A stretch of DNA of 64,000 nucleotides from Antedon mediterranea. Its lineage: Eukaryota > Animalia > Echinodermata. Where the stretch lies: contig NC_092678.1 of the NCBI RefSeq assembly GCF_964355755.1, forward strand, positions 11,344,352 through 11,408,351, given 5' to 3'. Every line of letters starts with the position of its first letter. The stretch's first letter is position 1. Positions 13,621 through 26,429 of the stretch are shown one piece after another. The notes beneath the pieces were generated by a model. It was not told where the DNA came from. It saw nothing but the letters and a program-made list of their open reading frames with translations, and did not search any database. The position numbers and the translations under genes are program-made.

Positions 13621-14585
13621 GCGTTATTTCTAGAATGTTTACCGATTTTGGTTGCACTTGCGAACAGTGATTATAAATAGGATTTTTAGTTTAGCACTGT
13701 GCGCTACCATACCGATTTTGGTTGCACTTGCGAACAGTGATAATAAATAGGATTTAGTATAGCACAGTACTTTCGATACTGATTTTAACCACCTGCTGTA
13801 ACCCTGTTTACTAATTAAATTGAGTTCGATAATTAGTTATTGACAATTAAAACGAATTTAGGTTCAACGATTTGCCCCAAATAGGGGTGTTTTTCGATCG
13901 TGGTATACACTTTATAATGCATGTCCACACTTGCGCACAGTGATAATAAATAGGGTTTAGTTTAGCGCTGTGCGCTACCATACACATTTTGGTTGCACTC
14001 GCGCACAGTGATAATAAATATGATTTAATTTAGCACTGTGCGCTACTATACCCATTTTGGTTGCACTTGCGAACAGTGATAATACATAGGATCTATTTTA
14101 GCACTGTGCGCTACTATACCCATTTTGGTAGCATTCGAGCACAGTTAAAATAAATAGGATTCATTTTAGCACTTTTGAATGGATCGATCTACATAATGAC
14201 TGACGAGAAACCTGCTGTTTTTGTTACACGAAGAAGAACATTATATTTGGACAGTAGTTAGGTAATATTAAACATTACACATTCTCTCTTTTATTTATAA
14301 TATTTATATTCCGAACTTTTAGACAGCTATAGCTCCCGATTTGCTCAAAGGTCTACATTTTCTATATATCAAGTCTTAATGTACGATCTTTAAATCATCA
14401 ACTTAATGAAACGACCTTTCTATATGAAACAGTAATTAAAAATAAGTTTAAATTTATTGGATTAACTGAAATTTGGAACATTGATGATAAAGACAAATAC
14501 CAATTGAGTTCTTACAATTTCGAGTACATCTGTCGTGAGTTCGGTAGGAGTGGTGGCGTTGCTGTATATATCCATAGTTCAGTTA

Positions 14586-15864
14586 TGATATCCATAATGC
14601 CTCAAATATGTTTTCTTTTCTGTTGTATGCTGATGACACAACCCTTATTTACACTGATAAAAATATAGATTCCCTTTTTAAAATATCAACCGAAAATCTA
14701 CCCAAAATGTTAACATACTTTTCTGCAAACAAACTTTCTGTTAATCTAAAAAAGTGCTGTTGTATGGTGTTCAAAAATTCACAAATACCACTAAATACTA
14801 GTACTTTTAAACTAAAAATTAAAGATCAATTAATACCTATTGTTGAGAAAACTAAATTTCTTGGTGTTTATCTGGACTGTAAGCTAAATTGGAAACATCA
14901 GATTACTCAAGTCGAAAACAAAATATCCAAAAGTTCTGGTATCATATATAGATTATCATCTTTCATCCCTCAAAACATACTCCGGATTCTTTACTGTTCA
15001 CTAATCCTCCCTTACCTCACTTACTGTAATATTATTTGGGGTAATACATACCCGTCCTACTTAAACAAACTGTTATTGATCCAAAAGAAAACCGTAAGAT
15101 ACATAGCAAATGCTCCTCCTTTATCCCATTCCAATCCTTTATTTTCTTCATTTGGTCTTCTTAAAATTCAGGATATTAACCATCTTCAACAAAGTGTTTT
15201 CCTCTATTCATGGCTAAACTCGATCCTGCCATCACACTTTCATTATTCGAAAAAGAGTAGGGGGTTACCCCGGTGAACTGGTTCACACAATAGCCCCTGT
15301 ATCAGGAGGATTACCACCTATCTGATAGGACAGTGATTAATTCACTATTGGTAATCCTTGGCCACATTGCCTAAAGACATAAAATAAAATAAAATAAATA
15401 AATAAATTTAGTTTCAATCTTATTTTCATAACCACAGTACTCGGAGCGCAAATCAAATACGTATTCCTTTTTTTAAAACTACTTCTTTTAAACATAGCAT
15501 TAAGTTCACTGGTCCTAAACTTTGGGATAACGTACCAGTTAATATAAAAAGTGCTTTTTCTAAGAGTTTTTCTTTTAAATTGAAACGGCACCTCTTATCT
15601 AGTTATGTTTAATTATCCTTTCACTCATTGTAGTTTTGATATTTAGTCTTTTCGGTACCCTGAATCTAAAAGTCTTCATTACTGTTTTTGTCCTGTTTCC
15701 GGTTCCCGTGTTGTCCTGTTTTTGTTTTTTTTTTCATTTTCTATGGGCTGCCTTATACAAGCTTTGCTTTTTAGGAATGTTGCCCCTCTTATTTTAATAA
15801 TTTTTACTGTTAATTTTTATTTTCTATGAAAGACAAGAGAAATAAATGTTACTTTGATTGATTG
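14586..15864 (+). mobile_element. 5'-truncated L2/Crack LINE inserted into the host LINE
   Basis: YADD RT ORF 14608..15276, 3' UTR, AATAAA, (GATT)n tail; TSD AGTTA at 14581-14585 and 15865-15869. Confidence 0.88.
15247..15407 (+). mobile_element. 5'-truncated SINE (Deu/Nin- or Meta-domain-like)
   Basis: AAGAGTAGGGGTTACCCCGGTG motif and (AAAAT)n tail; interrupts the RT C-terminus. Confidence 0.5.
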
Positions 15865-16330
15865 AGTTAAGTATAGACGTCTTGATATAAATATTTGTAA
15901 CTCTGAATCATTGTGGTTTGAAGTATGTGATGGGGGTAAAATGTACGTGTTAGGGGTAATTTATCGAAATGGTAATTCCAACATAAATGAATTTAGAGAA
16001 GACCTCTTAGATACCTTAAAACAAATGAAAGTCAACAAAAAACAATGTATACTCTAATGGGCGATTTCAATATAATTCTTTTTAATGCAAACAACACTGA
16101 TATAAACTCATATTTAACGGCTACTGAATGTTTAAATATGACTCAGTTAATAGAATCGACAACTCGTCCTACATCTACCACCCTAATTGACCACATATAT
16201 AGTAACATTATTTGTAATAGTATAATATCTGGGACGATATCGTGTGACATATCCGATCATCTACCAATATTTGCAATTTTTGAAAATAACATTGACATTA
16301 CTTCTAATGATAAGCATTATTATAAATCAA

Positions 16331-16331
<1 letters not shown>

Positions 16332-16362
<31 letters not shown>

Positions 16363-16557
16363 CTTTTATTTTTCACACAACATTCATAAAAATATAAATA
16401 AAAAATTAAGTACAATAAAGTGTGAAAAACAGGGTAACCACAAGCAAGCAAAGCTTTTAATCTGTGGCACCCTAACTTAAAATATAAATTTACAAATATA
16501 TTACAAAAATGTTTTCATGTAGTAAAAAAATGAACGAAAATACAACGTACTATAATA

Positions 16558-16590
<33 letters not shown>

Positions 16591-16690
16591 CTTCACAGTC
16601 TCAGAATATATACGAAAATGTAATTAATTAAGTTAATGTTAGACATATTTTACAAATGTTGTTTTCGCAAAGATATATTGTTTCTTTATA
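16332..16690 (-). mobile_element. Antisense L2-type 3' tail insertion
   Basis: (GATT)n then TTTATT; host peptide rejoins as KHYYKSR|HFNKNDFL. Confidence 0.7.
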
Positions 16691-18326
16691 GGCATTTTAA
16701 CAAAAACGATTTTTTAAATGATTTATCTAACATGTCATGGGAATCAGTTTATTTATGCAATGATACAAACTTGGCCTACGATAGATTTAATACTAAATTC
16801 AAAAATATTTGTGACAAGCATGTGCCAATAAGAACGATGTCATTAAATCATGTAAATAAGAAAAAACCATGGATCACCCGAAATATTAAAAAATCTATTA
16901 ATTAAAAAAAACAAGATGTACCAGAAACTAATTAAAGTAAATTTGATAATTCTGATTTTATGAAATATAAAAAATACCGAAATACCCTTACAAAGGTGTT
17001 AAGAACTGCAAAAAGAAATTATTATTCACATATGTTTTCAGCTAACGCAACAAATTCAGTAAAAACGTGGACGATAATAAATGATGTACTTGGTAAAAAT
17101 AAATTAAAATCTGTTAATGCTATTCCTGAAAAACTAATTCGTAATAATAATGATGGGACAACATCAATAGTAGATAATCCGGACGAAATTATTAATGTAT
17201 TTAATGATTATTTTGTTGGCGTAGCCGATCAACTTGCAAACGAAATTCCCCCCTCACAAAAATGTTTTTCTCAGTATCTGGCCAATCCCTTACCAAATTC
17301 TTTTTTTCTTGAACTTATCACTGTTAATGAGGTATTTAATTTAATTTGTAAAATCGACCAAAATAAAGCAACTGGATCAGATGATCTACCAGCAAAATTA
17401 ATTTCAATTGCAGCATTACATATTTCAAATTCCTTGTGTTATATATTTAATTTATCATTTAATAACTGTATATTTCCAAATCTCATGTTAAAGTGTGCTC
17501 GAGTTCAACCAGTCTTTAAAAAGGGGTCAAAAGAAATACCTGGAAATTTCCGTCCTATCTCAAATTTACCAGTTCTTAGCAAAATACTTGAAAGGTTGTT
17601 TTGTGACAGGTTAACAAGCTTTTTTGAGAAATTTAATTTAGTTTAATTTCATCAATATGGGTTTCGAAAACGTCATAGTACTAAGTTATTATTAATCAAT
17701 TTAGTTAACACTTTGCTTTCTGATATTGATAAGGGTAACGTGTCACTTGGTATTTTCGTAGACTTCAGCTACTATTAGGTAATATTAAACATATACTATA
17801 TCCATTTTGGTTGCACTTGCGCGCGCACAGTGATAATAAATAGGATTTATTTTAGCACTGTGCGCTACAATACACAATTTGGTTGCACTCGGGCACAGTG
17901 ATAATAAATAGGATTTAGTTTTGCACTGTGCGCTACTAACCCATTTTTCACTCGCGCACAGTGATAATAAATAGGATTCATTTTAGCACTGTGCGTCACC
18001 ATACACAATTTGGTTGCACTCGGGCACAGTGATAATAAATAGGATTCAGTTTTGCACTGTGCGCTACTAACCCATTTTTCACTCGCGCACAGTGATAATA
18101 AATAGGATTCATTTTAGCACTGTGCGTCACCATACCAATTTTAGTAGCACTCGCGCACAGTGATAATAATAGGATTTAGTTTAGCACTGTGCGCTACCAT
18201 ACCAATTTTTGTTGCACTCGCGCACAGTGATAATAAATAGGATTTAGTTTAGCACTGTGCGCTACTGTACTCCTTTTCGTTGCAATAGAGAACAGTGATA
18301 ATAAATAGGATTTAGGTTAGAACTAT

Positions 18327-18792
18327 TGTAACGGTGGTATTTTAGTGTATCCGTTACTATACCATATAGTCTCAGTGGCAGGATTTCACACAGTCACAAA
18401 ATGTACCAACAGCAAATATGGTTTATGGTCAGATACAGCTTTATTTAAATATGCAATGTAATACAGTCTGTTCTGGCTATATTACATACCTTTTCTTCTC
18501 TCTATTATAAATGTTTTATTCTACAAAGCTCTTTTCCTTTTCTTCTCTCCTCTTACCAGTACATCCATATTTTAAGGAACGGTCCTAATTAATATGCATG
18601 TACTGGGAGGGGACTATTTAGTAAAGGGAACATTCCATGATGATGAGGAAACAGTAATTGATTAAGGATGTGGGTTATAGGAGAGTGAACAAAGAGTACC
18701 TAGGGATAGGAAGAAACCACTAGGAATGTTAATAGATGGAGTAGGGAGAAATAGTGAAAAAGGGTTGTTGACCTGATGGTCAGAGTGTTACA
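18327..18792. mobile_element. Solo LTR (Gypsy-like), 466 bp
   Basis: TGTAAC...GTTACA termini, 4-bp TSD CTAT, inserted in a satellite unit. Confidence 0.85.
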
Positions 18793-20044
18793 CTATCATA
18801 TCCATTTTGGCTACACTCGCAAACAGTGATTATAAATAGGATCTAGTTTAGCACTGTGCGCTACTACACCCATTTTGGTTGCACTCGCGCATAGTGATAA
18901 TAAATAGGATTTAGATTAGCACTGTGCGCTACCATACCCATTTTGGTTGCACTCGCAAACAGTAATACTAAATATGATTCATTTTAGCACTGTGCGCTAC
19001 TATATACATTTTGGTTGCACTCGCGCACAGTTAACATAAATAGGATTTAGTTTAGTACTGTGCGCTACCATACCCATTTTATTTGCCCTCGCGAAAAGTG
19101 ATAATAAATAGGATTTAGTTTAGCACTGTGCGGCGCTACAATACCCATTTTGGTTGCACTCACGCACAGTTATAATAAATATGATTTAGTTTAGTGCTGT
19201 ACGATACCATACCCACTTTGGTTGCACTCGCGAACAGGGATAATAAATAGGATTTAGTTTAGCATTGTGCGCTACCATATCCATTTTGGTTGCACTCGCG
19301 TACAGTGATAATAAATATGATCCATTTTAGCATTATGCACTGCAATATTCATTTTGGTTGCACTCGCGCACAGTGATATTAAATAGGATTTAGTTTAGTA
19401 CTGTGCGCTACCATACTTATTTTGGTTGCATTCGCGCACAGTGATAATAAATATGATCCATTTTAGCATTATGCACTGCAATATTCATTTTGGTTGCACT
19501 CGCGCACAGTGATATTAAATAGGATTTAGTTTAGTACTGTGCGCTACCATACCTATTTTGCTTGCACTCGCGCACAGTGATAATAAATATGATCCATTTT
19601 AGCATTATGCACTGCAATATTCATTTTGGTTGCACTCGCGCACAGTGATATTAAATAGGATTTAGTTTAGTACTGTGCGCTACCATACCTATTTTGGTTG
19701 CATTCGCGCACAGTGATAATAAATATGATTCATTTTAGCACTGTGCTACCATACCTATTTTGGTTGCGCTCGCGCACAGTGATAATACATAGGATCTAGT
19801 TTATTACTGTGCGCTACCATACCCATTTTAATTGCACTCGCGAAAAGTGATAATAGGATTCATTTTAGCACTGTGCGCTACCATACCCATTTTGGTTGCA
19901 CTTGCGCACAGTGATAATAAATAGGATTTAGTTTAGCACTGTGCGCTATAATTCCCATTTTGCTTGCACTCGCGAACAGTGATAATAAATAGGATTTATA
20001 TTAGCATTGTGCGCTACTAATATACCCATTTTGATTGCACTTGA

Positions 20045-23000
20045 CGTTTCTTGGTGCCTTCAAAATAATTCTGGCCATTTGGTATTGTAAATTATCTAAC
20101 TTATTTAGTGAACCTTTAGAGTTACATAACCATATTGCAGAGGGGTAATTAATTGTTGGTAGTCCTATTGTTCTCCATAAAAGATCACCGTAGTACAGTA
20201 TACCCTATTGAAATCATTCTGATTGTTTATAATAGAGGTAATAATATAGGCTATTATCCGATTTCCCTTTTTGCTTACTTCATTAATATTGTCTGAATCT
20301 GTATATGAACGTGATATTATTACACCAAGATGTTTATACCTTTCTATTTCTGTGATATAATGATTACCATGGGCTCCATGTTCTGTATGGATTAACTCTT
20401 TGCCCTGTGACCAGCACATTTGATTTGTCAAAATTAAACTCTAATTTCCATGTTTGTGAATAATCACTTGCTACTTTAAGTAGTTTTTACAAGTTCAGAC
20501 TCATTGTCACCGATTAAAAACCACGTCATCAGCAAAGAATATTGCACCTATTTGTGTGCCATAGATTTGAACACCTAGTTTATGATATTTGATTAGGTTA
20601 TTTAGTTCATTAATGTAAATAGAAAAAAGAACTGGTGACAATGAACAGCCTTCATTAATGCTAAACTTATCAGATTCTGTCATTGAAAAAAAATTTGCAT
20701 TTAACATCATTGTACATATTTCTTAGTAAGTTAAGGAGTTTACCACGGATACCAATTCTTTTGGCAGCAGCAATTAACCCTTGTCGCCAGACTGAATCAA
20801 AAGCTTTTTTAAAGTCCAAAAAGGCCAGAAATGTTTTTTTTTTACCCTCAGCACGCCTTGTGGCGATAATGCTTTTCAAGACAAAAATGTGGTCTTCACA
20901 TCTTCTGTCTGTCCGAAAGCCCCCTTGGACTTCACCAAGGATGTCATTTTCTTCTAAAAATTGAGAAATATTATATGCAATAATTCGATTAAAAATGTTA
21001 GAAGCACATGAATTAAGTGTGATACCTCGATAGTTGTTGAGATCACGTCGATCTCCTTTTTTAAATATTGGGATAATTATCCCTTCATTCCATTCATTCG
21101 GTATAGTTTCAGTTTGTATAATTCTGGTAAACAATTTTTGGAGTGATAATGTGATTAGATTGCCTCTGTTTTTTAACATTTCATTTGTTATAGAGTCAAT
21201 ACCTCCTGGACTTTTGTTATTTTTTGCCTTTGATATAGCATAAGCGACTTTAAGATTGGGATCCTACTCGACATCATCAAATGATAACAAAAATATGATA
21301 ACAACACTGAATATCATTACTGTTACTATTATTATTATCGTGGGAAGAGTGAAGAATATCGTTATTATTAGTTGTATTAAATTTTGCAATATTGCCGAAG
21401 TGTAATTTTAGCGAATTTTTCATATCGTCATGGTCTGAAAAATATCTTGAAGTTCCTGGTATTATAATTTTTTAGCAATTTGATATTTTCTTTTGCATAA
21501 TTTTGCGTTTAAAAGGTGATTTAAAGAATTTCCGCTTCTCTTGGTATGTTTTTCATAGAGAATTACAATAATTGATATCAAAATCAATATTATGTAATCT
21601 ATGTGCTCGACACGATTGTCTTCGTTGTATTTATCGCATATTTTGTTTCTTTATCAAACCATATCTTTTTGTTTGATCTCGTTTTCTTATAGCCTATTGT
21701 ATTCTCTGCAACTAGCGTAACTTTTTTTTTCCCCTCTACCCAAGCATCGTTCACATCTAAACGACTAGAGTCATAGTTAATTGAACAGTACTAAAATCAC
21801 TCCAATCGTTAGGGATATTCCAATGTTTTGTGTTAGTTTTTGTCACCTTACTGGTTTTACAAATATTATTCTCTATTACTGTGATTACAAGCATGTTATG
21901 ATCACTTACAGTCCAAATTTATCAATAAACAACTCTTTTGTTACTCCATAGGTTTCTTGTGAAACAATGGCGTAATCTAGTATGCTGGCTTGGTTCTTTT
22001 GTACCCAAGTTAAAGTACCAGCACATTTGTCAGAGGCGTTAAGCATAGTTAATTCACCATTATTACAAAGGTCAATTAACCCTTGACCATTATCATTAGT
22101 AATAGGATTTCCCCCTTTAATCATGTTACCTACTTTACCATTAAAATCCCCAAGGATAATGATTTTGGCATCTTCATTATTATCTTTAATTATAAAAATT
22201 TCCGAAAGCAGAGCTGTATACAATTCATCGGTGAGGCATTTATCAGACCCTTCACATGGGAAGTAACAAACTGCAACATGGTATATAAAGTCTGTGTTAC
22301 CTCCAAATTGTACCTTTGTCCAACACATTTCTAAGTCATCTGATTGTGAATTTAAAAGATCATTTTCCAAAATTTTAATATTTTTATTTATAAGCAATCC
22401 AATTCCCCCTTGTGATTTTTTGGCACCCTTTTGTCTGTTTTTTGTAATATCTATGACTTCATCATTATTTAGAAAAGTTTCAACCATTCCAAAGATATCA
22501 AATTTTTGTTGTTGGATGATATAACTTATTTCCTTTTTCTTACTCTTATATCCTCTAATATTATGAAAGGCAATTTTGATGTTTGAGTTCAATTTTAAAG
22601 ATTTCTTTTTCCCTCTTCTAACTCTTTTTCGTTTTAAGGGTGAACTATTGTGTTCATTATTTACATAACTATCATCATAATATTGTTTCTCATTATTTAC
22701 AGAGGTAACATGATTAATGGGGTTGCATCATATTTGCATTATCAGTACAAGAGAAACAATCAGTACATTCATCAAACAATAAATCAAAATTAAAAGAATG
22801 GTTAATAACATAAGAATTAGTTAGTTTATATTTGTACATATTATCATAATTTACACTTAAGTTAGTATTAGTATCTTTCCGCTCAGATGGCTTCCCATGG
22901 TGGGTACGGCATCATCTTCTTTGCCAAATTCCTACATACGTTATGATTCTCCTTGTGGCCTTGTTGCTTGCAGGATCTGCATCTGATTGGCTGTCCATGC

Positions 23001-24150
23001 TTACAGTCCTTCATTACGTGATTCGTTTCTCCGCAAAAGTAACATCTTGTTGTTTTCTTTGTTTGTGATTGGTGTAAACGGGGTTGAAATTCCTTCTTAC
23101 CTTGATGAGTTTTCCTGATTTTAATTATTTGGTGAACGTCGTTGATGTTATTGATAAGAAGCTTGGTTCCCTGAGTACTTAGATGTAGTTTACTTCTGTT
23201 TAAAGTAGATGTTTCGCATTTATTGTTTGAAAGTTTAAAAGATAAGTCATTGTCAGACACCACACAATCCATTTCCTTAGCCATTTCTGTTATGTTATGT
23301 TAACGTTCAATCGATCCACTCTCTGCTGGAGTATTTCTTCATCACCACGTGGGCATACAGTAGATAGTATTAGCTTTGTTTGTAAAATTTACACTGAAAC
23401 AATTCAGCATATATTTTATGGTTGTATCCATGCAAATACTTTGTGGGCTTTTGTTATTCAACAAATTAAAAGCAAACAAATGAATAGAAGGAATTATAAT
23501 TTAGAGAAACCCCTTACAAGAGAATGCATTTCATTTGGTAATGCTTACAATGCTGTAAATAATCTTGTCATAGTTATTGTCTTGGGTAAATGGATAACTA
23601 AGAAGATATACCTTTTACATTTTATGTTTGCCTTTTGTTTTTGCCTTTTGAGAATTTAATTTTGTTTTGCCTCATGTCACCGCTGTGTCGGTTTTGTTTT
23701 TTCTTTTGCATATTTATACTGAATTTAAAAAAAAGTTCGCTTGCCAGCTCCGGTTAATCCAATACATTGTGGATGATATTATAAGCACCATGGCATAACG
23801 AGCCCTCAATTGGTTTTCCTTTGTAAGATTTTATAGTACAATTGTTGGTACAGGTTACAGGTTTATTTGTGATTGTTGTGTTCTGTGAAGCTGGGGATCG
23901 AGTTGGTGAACTCGCCATAGTTTGTTATAGTCAAGCTTGGCTTTCTTCAGTACAGGAAGTATTATATGTAATCAATTGTAGCTTGATGCTGGTAAAGACA
24001 ATAGGGTTGTTTGGCTTGGCTTTTAACCTCAGTACTCTCCTTTCAAGTTGGCTTCTATTTTAAGCACTGGCCTAGCTTTGAGGCTACAAAAATCGATTTA
24101 AATTTACTTGAAAAAATTACGAATATCACCAGTCATATTCGTAACTAAAA
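20045..24150 (-). mobile_element. Degenerate RTE-X-like LINE (ORF1 with zinc knuckles, ORF2 EN-RT)
   Basis: ORFs 22883-23284 (CYFCGETNHVMKDC), 21906-22592 (HNIRG, ILGDFN, ILDY), 20670-21179 (YRGITL, QGGFR, DFKKAFDSV), 20507-20710 (FADD); 5' boundary approximate. Confidence 0.85.
23363..23735 (+). mobile_element. L1/Tx1 3' fragment inserted antisense in LINE ORF1
   Basis: CKIYTETIQHIFYGC...W motif and A-rich end. Confidence 0.6.
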
Positions 24151-24261
24151 AACGAGTATTAGTTTTTTATACAAAGCAACGCACAGTAGGCCTACCTGCG
24201 CTTCGCTCAAATTTCTGGGAATTATATTGACATTTTCAATTACCATTTTCGCACCCCATAT

Positions 24262-25040
24262 ATTGAATTTACCTTGAATTACCTTGAATTTACCTTGAAC
24301 TTCGGACATTGAGAACTAGCTCATTTGTCCCTCCATCGTCATAACTGCAGACTCTTCATTAACGTACGGGCGAAACTTGATGTGGTGGTCAGTGGTCAGA
24401 CCAATTAATATTTAGCAATGCCCGATTTGAACTCATTGACCGATTGTGCCTCTACTACATGACTGGGTAATGAGTTCCAATCATCTACCACTCTTACCGA
24501 ATATGCACTCTTTCTAACGTTTAATTTTATCTTGGGTTTAGAGACCTTGAAACTGTGTCCTCTAGTTTGTTTATAATTAGATTTTGCAAAGAGCTTCTCA
24601 TCATTTATTTTCTCATACTTATTAAATATTTTAAATGTTTGTAATACATCAGCCCTTTTCTTTCTAAATACTAACGTAGGTAGGTCCAAAGCCTTCAACC
24701 TCTCTTCGTATGGTTTGTGTCTTAATTAGGACACCAGCCTTGTTGATCTCTGTTGAACTTTCTCCAGTCTGTCTTTATCTTTTTGATATAGTGGGATCTA
24801 TGAGCTACCTCCATATTCCATCTTGGGTCTAACCATAGCTTTATACAGATACATGTAACTAGAGCTATCAAGATATTTGAAGGACCTACATATTATCCCC
24901 AGCATCATATTTGCAGATCTAGCAACTTTTGTAGTATGAGCCGAAAAATTCAATTTATGATCTATTAAAATCCCCAGATCGGTTTCTTGTGTTACACTCT
25001 CAATGATCACTTTGGAAGGACCTTCTCCAATAAATTATAT
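24262..25040 (-). mobile_element. CR1 LINE 3' fragment
   Basis: DLGILID, YKAMVRPKMEY, LPTLVFR, TRGH, WNSLP motifs; tandem TTGAATTTACC tail at 24262-24300. Confidence 0.88.
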
Positions 25041-25253
25041 TAGTTCACAAAACTAAAAATATAAATTTTTAACGACGTGGGATAACATTTTAGGCCCTAT
25101 TTTGTGTCAGTTAGCTAGTTTTACAGACGTTTTTTAGACATGCAACCGTTGGTGGCGCTAATTAGGACCACATTTTGGAGATTTGGCATTATTTTTCCCA
25201 ATCTGGAATTATTTGAGACTAAATTTTATCGCTGGCAAAAACGCTGTACGTCT

Positions 25254-25268
25254 GTTCACCATAGCAAC
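25254..25268 (+). promoter_or_regulatory. RFX X-box-like motif in a GC-richer candidate promoter
   Basis: GTTCACCATAGCAAC in a CpG-containing patch upstream of the C3orf20-like gene. Confidence 0.35.
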
Positions 25269-25434
25269 ACGGCGGACGTACAACAAATAACAGCCAGGCA
25301 GTGTGTGTCGCATCAAAGAACTTCTTTGGTCGCATGCATGATGCTCCTGCAGCAAGATCATCATCCCCCGGCCGTATAAGAATAAGTTGTTTGTTCCCGT
25401 TTGTTCCTAGCATGTATGGCAATTTATTCAATAT

Positions 25435-25890
25435 CCTAGCCTAGGCCTAGGCTACATCATACAGTAGTCTAATCATGGTCCATCCATGGAGGGGTTATAC
25501 CTCCATGGTCTAATAATATAATAGTAGCCTAGGCCTAGGCTGCCTAGGCTAGAGAGGCTAGGCCCCTCTACTAGCTACCTACTAGGCCTAGCCTAGGACT
25601 CTAGCCTAGTACCAGTAGTAGTATTAGTAACTTAATTTATTTATGCCTCTAGGCCTAGGCCTAGTTGGCCCTATTTAGCCTAGGCCTAGCCTAGATATCG
25701 TAATTCGATACATTAGGGATTACGGTCGAAGAGCAATATGGCAATGCAATAGCCTATAAGGGCTAGGGCCTAGGCCCTAGCTAGGCCTACTGTGTATAAT
25801 TGTAAAGATTTCTGTATCTACAATCAATCGTTTCACTTGTTTCACATTCAGGTAATCAGTAAAACAATAATTAGGCCTCTAGCTAGGCCT
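25435..25890. repeat. TAGGCC/CCTAGG low-complexity palindrome cluster
   Basis: More than a dozen overlapping AGGCCT/CCTAGG/CTAG motifs. Confidence 0.8.
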
Positions 25891-26429
25891 TGCTTGGCGG
25901 AAGCCGATCACTCCGGCCGCGATTCACTCCGGCCGCCGTATCAGTTTAGCGCGATGTTATGTACTCCGACCGCTATTCAATTCGACTTCCTGTGCAAAGG
26001 GGCTGTTACATTAGTATGGATTGGAGCACCCATATTTGGGCAGTTTTGAAAAAAATGGCTCCTTTCAGTTTTTGCCTAGTATAACTAAATTGAAGCCATT
26101 TCCAGATTAGAGAATTATTCTGAAATATGTGCAAACATAATACTATTTTTATGTCAAAAGATTATCTTCTTACAATTACATGTTTGTAAAAAAAATATTA
26201 TGCCCGATTATGATGCAGAAATGGTCAGGAGTGTAACACTTTTTTTAGACATGAAAAAATGCATATGCATTTTCAAAGATCTGTACACTAAAACCACTCC
26301 TCAAATTTAACTGGCAGATGCATATTCTGAAAAAGTAAATTGTATAAATTTAAAAAAAAGCAATCATGATGACATTTATCTTGTATACCTTACTTAAAAT
26401 ATTTGATATGACATTAATAAACCATAATA

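Larger units (their letters stand above)
14276..17774 (+). mobile_element. CR1/L2-group (Crack-like) LINE ORF2, APE endonuclease to mid-RT, with nested insertions
   Basis: LNVRSL, GGVAVYI, MGDFN, TLIDHIY, SDHLP, KPWIT, FRPISNLP, QYGFR, GIFVDFS motifs; stops and frameshifts. Confidence 0.9.
13640..20040. repeat. 68-bp satellite in three blocks (about 13640-14172, 17795-18326, 18793-20040)
   Basis: Unit TTTTGGTTGCACTCGCGCACAGTGATAATAAATAGGATTTAGTTTAGCACTGTGCGCTACCATACCCA. Confidence 0.95.

Noticed and set aside
13640-20040. Palindromic repeats resembling a CRISPR array
   Set aside because: Units are contiguous with no unique spacers, there are no cas genes, and the context is eukaryotic
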